Assembly: GCA_046758505.1 (NCBI GenBank)
Contig: JBHIAH010000036.1
Coordinates: forward strand, 1-25,290
DNA: 25,290 nt
Reading direction: 5' to 3'
Source of the DNA: Candidatus Methylomirabilales bacterium
Lineage (GTDB): Bacteria; Methylomirabilota; Methylomirabilia; Methylomirabilales; CSP1-5
Part shown: positions 1-8,299 of the stretch, in pieces
How the letters are laid out: every line of letters begins with the position of its first letter
Position numbering within the stretch: the first letter of the stretch is position 1
Notes under the pieces: generated by a model
Database searches by the model: none
What the model saw: the letters and a program-made list of their open reading frames with translations, nothing else
Told to the model about the DNA's origin: nothing
Translations under genes and position numbers: made by a program

Positions 1-11
1 GGAAGGATGCC

Positions 12-725
12 ATGGATTCTCCCGTTGCCGCCACGCTCCTGTTCGGATTCGTCCTCGGGATGGAGCACGCCCTGGATGCGGATCACGTGGTGGCGGTCTC
101 TACCCTGGTGAGCGACAGCCGCCGCCTCTCTCGCTCCGCGCTGATCGGGATTTCTTGGGGTATCGGACATACTTTCACCCTCCTCGTCGCCGGAGTCCTC
201 GTTCTCCGATTTAAGGTACACATCCCGGCCAGCGTGGCCCTCTCGATGGAATTGTGCGTGGGAGTGGTCCTGGTGGTCCTCGGCGGACAGATCCTCTGGC
301 AATACCGACAGAAGAGGGTCCATGCCCACATCCATAGCCACGGCAGCGAAGCACATGTCCACTTCCACTCCCATGCCTCCGGCGGCGATCATGATCACGA
401 TCATGATCGTCCTTCCCTGGGGAGACCGCTGCTCGTCGGCATGATCCACGGCCTGGCGGGGAGTGCGGCTGTCATGCTTGTCGTCCTCACGACGGTTCAC
501 TCGGTGGCCCAGGGCCTTCTGTTTATCTCCCTCTTCGGCGTCGGGTCCACATGCGGTATGCTACTGATGAGTACCGTCATTGCCCTGCCGTTTGCCTGCA
601 CAGCAGGGCGGCTACAGCAGTTCAGCGAGGCCGCCCGGATCGCGGCTGGGGTGGTTTCGATTGCTGTTGGCCTCGCCATCATGATGAAAGTTGGAATGAT
701 GCAAGGGCTCTTTGCGTCGCTGTGA
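12..725 (+). CDS. UreH-like / NiCoT-related nickel-cobalt transport membrane protein with His-rich loop
   Basis: Contains the HALDADH motif (NiCoT-type HAxDADH), WGIGHT, a His-rich loop (HAHIHSH...HVHFHSH...DHDHDHD), GMIHGLAGSAA and about 6 hydrophobic segments. GGAAGGA lies just upstream. Confidence 0.8.
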   Translation: MDSPVAATLLFGFVLGMEHALDADHVVAVSTLVSDSRRLSRSALIGISWGIGHTFTLLVAGVLVLRFKVHIPASVALSMELCVGVVLVVLGGQILWQYRQKRVHAHIHSHGSEAHVHFHSHASGGDHDHDHDRPSLGRPLLVGMIHGLAGSAAVMLVVLTTVHSVAQGLLFISLFGVGSTCGMLLMSTVIALPFACTAGRLQQFSEAARIAAGVVSIAVGLAIMMKVGMMQGLFASL

Positions 726-807
726 CGACCGCAGGCTAAAGACCCCCGAGGCAAGCGGTCACCCCACGCCGGAGCCCGATCGAGGGAATGGAAGGGAGAG
801 GTGAACC

Positions 808-1572
808 ATGAGGAACACACGAACGATCCCGGTCTGGGTCCTGCTCTTCACTCTCTTGAGCGCGACACCGGCCGCCGCTCACGAGGCCACGCCTTACCAT
901 CCTTCCACCCGGCATAAAGCGCAACACAAGGGACCGACTCGCATCACGATGGAAGAGCTCCACCGGCATGGCGGAACACCGCCCGGGTGGACGTTCACCG
1001 TGCCGGCCGGAGACCCCCAGGCCGGGCGAGGGGTCTTTATCAAGCTGGAATGCTATTCCTGCCACCGGGTGGAGGGAGAGACATTCCCGTCGGGGGGCGA
1101 GCATAAGCCGGGACCCGACCTGACGGGGATGGGGGGTCATCACCCGGCCCCGTACCTTGCCGAGGCCATCCTTGATCCAAACGCGGTCATCGTCACGGGG
1201 CCCGGCTTTACCGGCAAGGACGGCCGCTCCATCATGCCCAGCTACGCCGATCTCTTGACCCTTGAGCAGTGGGTCAATCTGGTGGCGTATCTCAAAAGCC
1301 TCACCCCGGGCCATGCCCAGGGGGCCCATCCGCATGCGGCAAGGCCCCCATTCTACGAAGGGGAGGGGGAGGTCCGGCTGGTGAACCTGCAGGAGAAGTT
1401 CCTCGTGGTGAAGCACGGGGCGATCCGGGGGTTCATGGGGGCGATGACCATGGGCTATCCGGTGCGCTCGCCAGATCTTTTGAAGGGGCTCGAGAAGGGG
1501 GACCGGATTCAATTCACGATCGATGCGGAGAAAGAGGTGATCATTAAGATCACCCCGGTGAAGTCGCCCTGA
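808..1572 (+). CDS. Exported c-type cytochrome fused to a C-terminal CusF-like copper-binding domain
   Basis: Signal peptide ending AAA, GDPQAGRGVF..CYSCH heme motif, GPDL, distal MP and LVAYLKSL. The C-terminal GEGEV...KHGAIRGFMGAMTMGY...GDRIQF resembles the CusF OB-fold. RBS GAGGTG upstream. Confidence 0.8.
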   Translation: MRNTRTIPVWVLLFTLLSATPAAAHEATPYHPSTRHKAQHKGPTRITMEELHRHGGTPPGWTFTVPAGDPQAGRGVFIKLECYSCHRVEGETFPSGGEHKPGPDLTGMGGHHPAPYLAEAILDPNAVIVTGPGFTGKDGRSIMPSYADLLTLEQWVNLVAYLKSLTPGHAQGAHPHAARPPFYEGEGEVRLVNLQEKFLVVKHGAIRGFMGAMTMGYPVRSPDLLKGLEKGDRIQFTIDAEKEVIIKITPVKSP

Positions 1573-1695
1573 CTCTCCATATGTAATTCCCTTGACACGC
1601 GTTTCCCGGACATGGTACGTAAGGCGCCCATAACACGTCCCCGGAGTCGAGCCGTCACCCGTCAACCGTTTCTATTATTCTAGGAGGAGCCGGTT

Positions 1696-2025
1696 ATGCG
1701 AAAAGTACTCGCTTCTCTGATGGTTTTTCCGTTCGTTGTGCTCCTTTCCGCGCCCGTTGCCTTTGCCTTCGAATGTCCTAAGCATTTCAAGGAAGCCCAG
1801 GGGGCCATCGACCAGGCGGCGGCCGCCATGAAGAAGCTTCCCAAGGAGAAGCAGGGGATAGTCCACACCCTGATCGACGACGCCAAGATGCTCCTCACCT
1901 CGGCCAAGCACAACCACAAAAAGCCCGCGGCCGGGAAGTACGATCATGCCCGGGCCATCGCCAAGGCGGAGTCCGCCAAGGGTTACGCGGTGGCGGCGGA
2001 GATGCTCGCCGAGCGGAGCAAATAA
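1696..2025 (+). CDS. Small secreted helical protein of unknown function (possible metal-binding protein)
   Basis: Strong RBS AGGAGG, signal peptide ending AFA, and an Ala/Lys-rich amphipathic mature part starting FECPKH with five His in total. Followed by a terminator-like hairpin. Confidence 0.8.
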   Translation: MRKVLASLMVFPFVVLLSAPVAFAFECPKHFKEAQGAIDQAAAAMKKLPKEKQGIVHTLIDDAKMLLTSAKHNHKKPAAGKYDHARAIAKAESAKGYAVAAEMLAERSK

Positions 2026-2041
2026 GATCGGTCTCGACAGC

Positions 2042-2078
2042 GCGAAGGCCCTCCCGGTCATGCCGGGGGGGCCTTTGC
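2042..2078 (+). terminator. Probable intrinsic terminator hairpin
   Basis: GCGAAGGCCCTCCCGG-tcatg-CCGGGGGGGCCTTTGC stem starting 16 nt after the 2025 stop. The U-tract is short. Confidence 0.6.
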
Positions 2079-2135
2079 TGTCAGGGCGAGGGGACCGTGA
2101 CGGGATCGCGGTCGTGTAATGAGTGAGGGAATCCG

Positions 2136-2501
2136 ATGAGCAAGCGGGTATCGTCTCGATTGGTTGTCCGCGTGGGCCTAGCGGTGGTCTTTCTGTGGTT
2201 CGGGGTGGACAAATTCGTCACCCCGGAAGCCTGGATCGGGTGGATTCCGTCATGGCTCTACCGACTGATCCGGGAGTGGCAGAACCCCTTTCTCTATCTG
2301 CTCGGCGCGGGCGAGGTCATGATCGGGCTCGCCTTCCTCACCGGTTGGTACCTCAGAGTGGCCGCCACCGCGGCCTCCGTCTTCTTGGCCGCCGTCATTC
2401 TGTCCAGCCCATTCAGCGACATCACCGTGCGGGATATCGGCTTGCTCGGGGCCGCTGTCTCGCTCCTGCTCCCGGACGATCGCCACACGCCACCGCGGTA
2501 G
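2136..2501 (+). CDS. DoxX-family membrane protein
   Basis: RVGLAVVFLWFGVDKF..P, GAGEVMIGL and VRDIGLLG motifs with about 4 TM segments. RBS GAGGGA upstream. Confidence 0.8.
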   Translation: MSKRVSSRLVVRVGLAVVFLWFGVDKFVTPEAWIGWIPSWLYRLIREWQNPFLYLLGAGEVMIGLAFLTGWYLRVAATAASVFLAAVILSSPFSDITVRDIGLLGAAVSLLLPDDRHTPPR

Positions 2502-2612
2502 ACGGCACCACCCGGCGCATCATCCGGTCCAATCCCCTTTTGCCCAAACCATCGCCCAACTCCCTGCACCCCCGTGGGCGAGCGACGGGTCAGCCAAAAT
2601 CGGTGGGACCCA

Positions 2613-3539
2613 TCAGGGCGGAGAGAGCAGCCGGGGCGAGTCGCCCGGGAGGGCTGACGTCCGGCGTGTGCCCGGGGGCGCGGTGACCAGCAGGATCCCT
2701 GTCGCCACCAGGATCGCCCCCCCGAGCAGGTTGAGGCCGAGCGGCTCCTTGAGAAGCAACCAGCCGGCCAGCACGCCAAAGATCGGAATGGTGAAGAAAA
2801 AGGTCGTGGCCACCGAGGCCTCTGCTTCCCTCAGGACGTAATTCCACAGGGCCCACCCGGCCGTCGTGACCCCTAAGGCGACATACAGCAAGGCCAGAGC
2901 GAGGCGGCCCGTCACACGCCACGCGGTCCAGGGCTCCAAGACAAGGCTGAGGATCGTCGTCGCGAGGGCGCAGAGCACGACCTGCCAGAGCGTGAGGGCC
3001 ACCGGCGACACCTTAACCAAGAGCCGCTTGGCATAAATCGTCTGAAGCGCCCAGCAGAGTGCCGCCAGGAGCACGACGATATCTCCCCGCCTCCACGAGG
3101 CGGCCCCCGGAACATCGATCCGCGCCATCACGATCACCAGCACCCCTACAAAGGCCGCAGTGAGGCCCACCATCTTGCGGGAACTCAGACGATCCCCCGG
3201 CAGGAGAAAATGGGCCAGGATCGCCACCTGGATCGGCTGCGTATTCATAAAGACGGCCGACCGACTGGCCGCAGTCATCCCCGTCCCCCACGTCACCAAG
3301 ACCATGGTGAGGATAAACAATGCCCCCACCCTGAGGAGCTCGGGCACCAGGGCACGCGGAATCTCAAGAGAGGCACCCCGCCACCGAGCCCACAACCAGA
3401 GTCCGACCCCCCCCAAGGCGAACCGGGCGGCGACATAGCCGAACACCGGCGCGTCCCACAGCCCGACCTTGAGGGCCACGGCCACGCCGCCCCAGAGGAG
3501 GCACACGACGAGTAAGACAACGAGGAGCTTGAGTCGCAT
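2613..3539 (-). CDS. EamA/DMT family transporter
   Basis: About 10 TM helices in two repeats (LLWG..VALK, RF, TQPI, GD.., P.FGVL.GWLLLKE). Start trimmed to ATG 3539 (MRLKLL) because the longer ORF start overlaps the upstream gene. Confidence 0.85.
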   Translation of the reverse strand: MRLKLLVVLLVVCLLWGGVAVALKVGLWDAPVFGYVAARFALGGVGLWLWARWRGASLEIPRALVPELLRVGALFILTMVLVTWGTGMTAASRSAVFMNTQPIQVAILAHFLLPGDRLSSRKMVGLTAAFVGVLVIVMARIDVPGAASWRRGDIVVLLAALCWALQTIYAKRLLVKVSPVALTLWQVVLCALATTILSLVLEPWTAWRVTGRLALALLYVALGVTTAGWALWNYVLREAEASVATTFFFTIPIFGVLAGWLLLKEPLGLNLLGGAILVATGILLVTAPPGTRRTSALPGDSPRLLSPP

Positions 3540-3556
3540 CGGTTCCGGTGGGCCCC

Positions 3557-4426
3557 TTAGGGGAGCGAGAGTTGAAGCAACCGTCGTGGATCGAAACGCG
3601 CCCCGTGAAGGCGGGCGCCCCAGTGGAGGTGGGGGCCGGTGGCCCGGCCGGTCGCCCCGACCCATCCGAGGGTCGCTCCCTTGGCGACCTCTTGCCCCGG
3701 CGTGACCCGATATCCCTGCAGGTGAAAGTACATGGTGAAGAGGCCACCCCCGTGATGAAGGATTACTGAATTGCCGCTGAAGAACATCGCGCCGGCGTAG
3801 ACCACCACGCCGCGGTTACTGGCCCGGACCGGCGTCCCCGAGGAGGCGGCAAAATCGAGGCCGCTGTGGGGGCTTCGGGGTTGGCCGTTAATGATTCGCC
3901 GCAGCCCAAATTGGCTGCTCACGCGCGGGGCACCATCCAGGGGCAACACAAAGGCGTCCCATCGGTACGGTCCCGCCGTCCACTTCTTCCAGATCGCTGT
4001 CAGCACCGCCTGCTCCCGGTGAACCCGATCGAGGGTCGCCGCATCGAGTTCGACCATCCCTTTGGGCAGGGTGAGGCGCTGCACGGGAAAGCGTCCGTCT
4101 GCCACGGTGAGCCGGACCCGGCGGCGGTAGCGCCGCCCCGATACCCCCCGAGCCTCAACGACAAAGGGATATCGGCCGGGTGCGGTCGCGAGATCCACCG
4201 CCAGCAGGACGGTGTACTCCCTTCCGCGGGGACGCGCGGGGAGGCTGAGCCCCCGGAAGCGAGCATCGAGCCGGAGGAGGGGCTCGGGCGTGGTCACCGG
4301 GAGGAGGCGTAGGTCTCCCTGGACGACGGGTCCCTTGGGGACGTGGACCTGAAACCCTGCCCCCCACGCCGGCAGGGTCGCCAGCAGGAAGAGGCCCAGA
4401 GAGAGACCCGCCAGGCGCCGGGTCAC
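3557..4426 (-). CDS. Exported M23 family metallopeptidase (intact catalytic motifs)
   Basis: Signal peptide ending AWG, SSQFGLRR, HSGLD (HxxxD), YFHL and ATGPHLHW (HxH). Start placed at GTG 4426 because the longer start lies inside a repeat array; the start is uncertain. Confidence 0.85.
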   Translation of the reverse strand: MTRRLAGLSLGLFLLATLPAWGAGFQVHVPKGPVVQGDLRLLPVTTPEPLLRLDARFRGLSLPARPRGREYTVLLAVDLATAPGRYPFVVEARGVSGRRYRRRVRLTVADGRFPVQRLTLPKGMVELDAATLDRVHREQAVLTAIWKKWTAGPYRWDAFVLPLDGAPRVSSQFGLRRIINGQPRSPHSGLDFAASSGTPVRASNRGVVVYAGAMFFSGNSVILHHGGGLFTMYFHLQGYRVTPGQEVAKGATLGWVGATGRATGPHLHWGARLHGARFDPRRLLQLSLP

Positions 4427-4462
4427 CTCGGTCGCTCGCTGTTCCGGACCGCGATGCCGGAC

Positions 4463-4525
4463 GTCCACCGTCCACAGTCCACAGTCGGATCTGATCGCAA
4501 AGACCTCGGACCTCGCACCTCGGAC
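4463..4525. repeat. Inverted pair of degenerate heptamer arrays (GTCCACA / GACCTCG)
   Basis: gtccacc gtccaca gtccaca gtc (4463-4486) and gacctcg gacctcg cacctcg gac (4502-4525). Confidence 0.75.
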
Positions 4526-4557
4526 GGTACACCCGGCTGGGAGGCAACCGCGCCCTT

Positions 4558-5217
4558 CTAGGCAGAGGGGTTTGCCAGGCCTTTCATCTGTCGGACGACC
4601 CCAACCGGATCCGCGCTCTGAAACACGGCCGAACCGGCCACCAGGATCGATGCCCCCGCCTTGGCGATCCGGTCACAGTTCCCTACCTTGATCCCTCCGT
4701 CAACCTCGAGCTCGCACCGAAGCTGGCGCGCGTCGAGACGCCGCCGCATCTCTTCCACCTTCTGCTCCACCTCGGGGATGAAGGCCTGCCCCCCGAATCC
4801 GGGATTCACTGACATCAACAGGATCAGATCGACCTCGTGGATCACCGGATCGACGGCCTCGAGGGGGGTGGAGGGATTCAGGGCCACGCCAGCCTTCGTC
4901 CCCGTCTCCTTGATCTGCCGGATGGTGCGGTGCAGGTGGGGACAGACCTCGGCATGGACGGTCAGGCAGTCGCTTCCGGCCTTGGCCAGATCCGTGATGT
5001 AACGTTCGGGGTACTGCACCATCATGTGCACATCAAAGGGGACCGCTGTCCGCGGACGCAGGGATCGGATGACGCTCGCCCCATAGCTGATCACGGGGAC
5101 GAAGTGACCGTCCATCACGTCGAAGTGGAGGAGGTCGGCCTCCTGCTCGACCGCCAGGATCTCCTCGGCCAGCCGGCCATAATCCACCACGAGGACTGCC
5201 GGTGCGATCTTTACCAT
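4558..5217 (-). CDS. rpe: Ribulose-phosphate 3-epimerase
   Basis: IAPAVL, HFDVMDGHFVP, DVHMM, LNPSTP, MSVNPGFGGQ, EVDGG and VAGSAVF. RBS GGGAGG upstream. Confidence 0.97.
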   Translation of the reverse strand: MVKIAPAVLVVDYGRLAEEILAVEQEADLLHFDVMDGHFVPVISYGASVIRSLRPRTAVPFDVHMMVQYPERYITDLAKAGSDCLTVHAEVCPHLHRTIRQIKETGTKAGVALNPSTPLEAVDPVIHEVDLILLMSVNPGFGGQAFIPEVEQKVEEMRRRLDARQLRCELEVDGGIKVGNCDRIAKAGASILVAGSAVFQSADPVGVVRQMKGLANPSA

Positions 5218-5233
5218 TGCGGGCCTCCCGCCC

Positions 5234-5310
5234 GTTCATGGTTGAAGGTTCAGGGTTCAGAGTCCTCCAACACTTCCCCCACCGTGAACTATGAACTGTG
5301 AACCGTGAAC
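5234..5310. repeat. Inverted pair of degenerate heptamer arrays (GTTCAnn / nnTGAAC)
   Basis: gttcatg gttgaag gttcagg gttcaga (5234-5261) and cgtgaac tatgaac tgtgaac cgtgaac (5283-5310). Confidence 0.85.
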
Positions 5311-6021
5311 CTATTGGGCTACAACGAGCGTCACCTCCTCTTTCTCCTTGATCCGCGTCCCGAAGGAGGGGTCTTGCAGAACCACCCGCCGGGCCAGACC
5401 GGGAAAGGACTGGTACGTCACCCTCGGCGAAAGGCCCATCTCCTTCAGGATGGCTACGGCTTCTTCCTCTATCTGCCCGACCAGGTTGGGCATCACATAG
5501 AATCGCTCTGGTTCTCCCAGGCTGATCAGCAGACTCACCGCACTCCCCCGTCGGGCGGGGAAACCTGCGGGCGGATCCTGGGCGATCACGACGCCCCCCG
5601 GCAGCCGCGTGTGCACCTTGGCGGTCTGCCCCAAGAGCAGGCCCTGCTCTGCCAAGAGCCGCTGACTATCGGTAAGGGGCTGGCCCACCAGGTCCGGGAC
5701 CAATGTCTCGTCACTCCCCTTGCTGATGGTGAGACGGATCTCTTTGTTCCTGCGGACACGGGAGCCCCCCGAGGGGCTCTGCCGGATCACCGTGCCCTTG
5801 GGAAAGGCCACGTGGTACTCCTCACCGGCCATCCGAGGCTTGAGTCCCACCTCCCGGATCTGGCGGGCCGCCTCCTTCAGCTCCAACCCGATCACGACCG
5901 GGACATCGGTCCGGTCCTGCTCGAGGGAGAGATTCATGGCAATGTACCCGGAGAGGACGGCCAGGAGAAGGAGGCCGACCGCAACCCCGGCACCCTTCAG
6001 GACAGTGTGAAGCCAACGCAT
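5311..6021 (-). CDS. Membrane-anchored protein with three PASTA domains
   Basis: N-terminal TM helix, then three repeats beginning VPVVIG, VPDLVG and MPNLVG, each with a V..Q.P..G motif. ATG 6021 is preceded by GGAGGG. Confidence 0.88.
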   Translation of the reverse strand: MRWLHTVLKGAGVAVGLLLLAVLSGYIAMNLSLEQDRTDVPVVIGLELKEAARQIREVGLKPRMAGEEYHVAFPKGTVIRQSPSGGSRVRRNKEIRLTISKGSDETLVPDLVGQPLTDSQRLLAEQGLLLGQTAKVHTRLPGGVVIAQDPPAGFPARRGSAVSLLISLGEPERFYVMPNLVGQIEEEAVAILKEMGLSPRVTYQSFPGLARRVVLQDPSFGTRIKEKEEVTLVVAQ

Positions 6022-6036
6022 GAATCCCTCCACCCC

Positions 6037-7380
6037 TCAGTGTCGTCGCAGCCTGGCGGCAAAGTAGCCATCGGTATCATGACGGTGTGGCCACGTGGCG
6101 ACACACCCCTCGGTGAGCAACGCGCCTCTCCCCCCCCGAAAAAAATCGGGCAGGCTGTCTTCGCGACAAAACGCCGGATGCCGGGCCAAAAACCTCGCCA
6201 CGATCTCCTCCCCCTCCTCCGGCTCCCGACTGCACACCGCATACACGAGAACCCCCCCGGGGCGGAGGCAGTCCGCCGCGCCGTCCAGGATCGCTCCCTG
6301 CAACTCAGCCAGCCGAGAGATATCTGCCGACCCCCGGTGCCATCGGATCTCCGGGCGCCGCCGCACCGTCCCCAACCCCGTGCAGGGGGCATCCACCAGG
6401 ACCCGATCTGCCCACCCCGCGAACTGCCCGGCGGCCACGCGCGCATCCCCCCTCACCGGACTCGTGATCGTGGCGCCCAGACGTCGGCGCCCGTCCTGCA
6501 GGCGTCGGAGGGCCCGGGGACTCACGTCAAGGGCCACGACCTCTCCCCGGTTCTCCATCAGCATCGCGGCCAGGGCGGCCTTGCCCCCACCTCCCGCACA
6601 GGCGTCCAAGACCCGCTCCCCCGGTCGCGGATCCAACAGCCGCACGACAACGGCTGCGGCTTCGTCCATGACCCAAAACGCCCCCCGATCCCGGGCCGAG
6701 CCGGTGAGCAGCGTGCCTGCCTCCCGGACCCGAAACATGTTCGGAACCCAGGGGCTCGTCTCCCACGCCGCCCCCGCCCGCATGAGGGCTTCCTCCAGCC
6801 CGGCGACGCTTCCCCGAAGCACGTTCCACCCGATCCCGACGGGCGGAACCCGGTTGTTGGCTTGCATGAGCTGGAGCGCCTCGTCCCCCAACTGTTTTCG
6901 CCATCGCTCCACCAACCAGGGGGGGTGAGAGAAACGCACTGCCATTTCATGGACGGGGTCCTCGGGCAGCTCCTCCTCCCGCAGCGGGCCGCGTCGCGCG
7001 AGCGCCCGCAGGATGGCATTCACAAAGCTTCCCGCGCCCCGCCGCGCCACCCGGACCGTTTCGTGCACCGCCGCGTACGCCGGGATCCTGGTCAGATAAA
7101 AGAGCTGATACGCCCCCAGCCGCAGCAGATTCCTCACGTCGAGGTCGACGGCTTCGAGCGGACGATCCACAACGCGGGAGAGGAGAAAGTCAATCGTCCC
7201 CCGATGCCGCAGGACCCCGTAACACAGCTCCGTCGCCAGCGCCCGGTCGCGGGGATTCAGCCGCTGCCGCCGAAGCCGGGCGTCCAGCAGGACATTGGCG
7301 TAGGCCCGGTCCCGCTCAACCCGGACGAGGATCTCCAGGGCGAGCTGTCGCGGATTGTTGCCGAGTCGGGACGAAGGCAC
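6037..7380 (-). CDS. rsmB: 16S rRNA m5C967 methyltransferase RsmB/Sun
   Basis: NusB-like N-terminus (RQLALEIL...ELCYGVLR...LRLGAYQL), SHPPWL, LDACAGGGGK, DAPCTGLG, VYAVCS, EGEE and DGYFAARL. Start is GTG 7380 or 7404 (uncertain). Confidence 0.93.
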   Translation of the reverse strand: MPSSRLGNNPRQLALEILVRVERDRAYANVLLDARLRRQRLNPRDRALATELCYGVLRHRGTIDFLLSRVVDRPLEAVDLDVRNLLRLGAYQLFYLTRIPAYAAVHETVRVARRGAGSFVNAILRALARRGPLREEELPEDPVHEMAVRFSHPPWLVERWRKQLGDEALQLMQANNRVPPVGIGWNVLRGSVAGLEEALMRAGAAWETSPWVPNMFRVREAGTLLTGSARDRGAFWVMDEAAAVVVRLLDPRPGERVLDACAGGGGKAALAAMLMENRGEVVALDVSPRALRRLQDGRRRLGATITSPVRGDARVAAGQFAGWADRVLVDAPCTGLGTVRRRPEIRWHRGSADISRLAELQGAILDGAADCLRPGGVLVYAVCSREPEEGEEIVARFLARHPAFCREDSLPDFFRGGRGALLTEGCVATWPHRHDTDGYFAARLRRH

Positions 7381-8299
7381 TCCCCGCTTCGGTGTGGTAC
7401 CCACGGGAAAACTCCTCGGCCGTCATGACCCGCCTCCCCTCCGGCTGGAGAGCGGTGAGCAGCAGCATCCCTCTTCCCGTCGCTACCCCGATCCCCATCC
7501 CCTTATACACCCCGAGGATGGTGCCTGCTGCCTGCCGATGATCCTCCGGCACGGGTTGTGCCCCAAACACCCGCACCAATCGCCCTCGGAAAAAGGTGTA
7601 GGCCCCCGGCTCCGGGGCGAGCCCCCGCACGAGATTCCAGAGATCGACGGCGCTCCGGGACCAGTCGAGACACCCGATGTCCGGCGGAAGCTTCGGCGCA
7701 TAGGTGGCCTCGGCCTCGTTCTGGGGAACCCCGGTCACCTCCCCGTGCTCCCGGAGGCGCAACGCCTCGATGAGCGCCTCGGCGCCGAGCGCCGCCAGGC
7801 GATCATGAAGGATCCCCGCGTTATCCTCAGGAACGATCGGGATCTGCCGCTGCAGGACAATGGGCCCGGCATCCACCGCCTCGACGATCTCCATAACGGT
7901 GACGCCCGTCACCGTCTCCCCCCGGATCAGGGCCCACGGGATCGGGGCCGCCCCTCGGTACTTGGGCAAGAGAGAGGCATGCACATTCAGGCTCCCCCGG
8001 GGAGCGATCTCGAGGACCGCTCGGGGCAGGATCTGCCCGAAGGCGACCACCACAAGAACGTCGGCCTGCAACCGGCCCAGGTGGCCCACCACATCGGGGT
8101 CCCGGATTTCCACCGGCTGGATGACGGGAAGGCCGGCCTCCTCGGCCGCCTGCTTGACGGGGGGTTTGCGGAGCCGCTTCCCCCGGCCTGCGGGGCGATC
8201 AGGTTGGGTGACCACCGCCGCCACCTCATGCCCCACCTCCAGCACGCGGCGGAGCGACGGAACAGCGAACGCCGGCGTCCCCAGGAAAATCACCCGCAT
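7316..8299 (-). CDS. fmt: Methionyl-tRNA formyltransferase
   Basis: MRVIFLGTPAFA, VVTQPDRPAGRG, VVAFGQIL, NVHASLLPKYRGAAPI, DAGP, TYAPK and LQPEGRR. Confidence 0.97.
   Translation of the reverse strand: MRVIFLGTPAFAVPSLRRVLEVGHEVAAVVTQPDRPAGRGKRLRKPPVKQAAEEAGLPVIQPVEIRDPDVVGHLGRLQADVLVVVAFGQILPRAVLEIAPRGSLNVHASLLPKYRGAAPIPWALIRGETVTGVTVMEIVEAVDAGPIVLQRQIPIVPEDNAGILHDRLAALGAEALIEALRLREHGEVTGVPQNEAEATYAPKLPPDIGCLDWSRSAVDLWNLVRGLAPEPGAYTFFRGRLVRVFGAQPVPEDHRQAAGTILGVYKGMGIGVATGRGMLLLTALQPEGRRVMTAEEFSRGYHTEAGSAFVPTRQQSATARPGDPRPG

Noticed and set aside
385..408. GATCAT/GATCAC hexamer repeats
   Set aside because: They simply encode the Asp-His run of the His-rich loop.
1592..1621. TTGACA upstream of the small secreted protein as a sigma70 or MerR/CueR-type promoter
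   Set aside because: There is a perfect -35 but no convincing TAnnnT at 16-19 nt spacing and no clear dyad in the spacer.
5305..7428. 707-aa plus-strand ORF
   Set aside because: Antisense shadow of the PASTA and rsmB genes. It is Pro/Arg/His-rich with no motifs, as expected in high-GC DNA.
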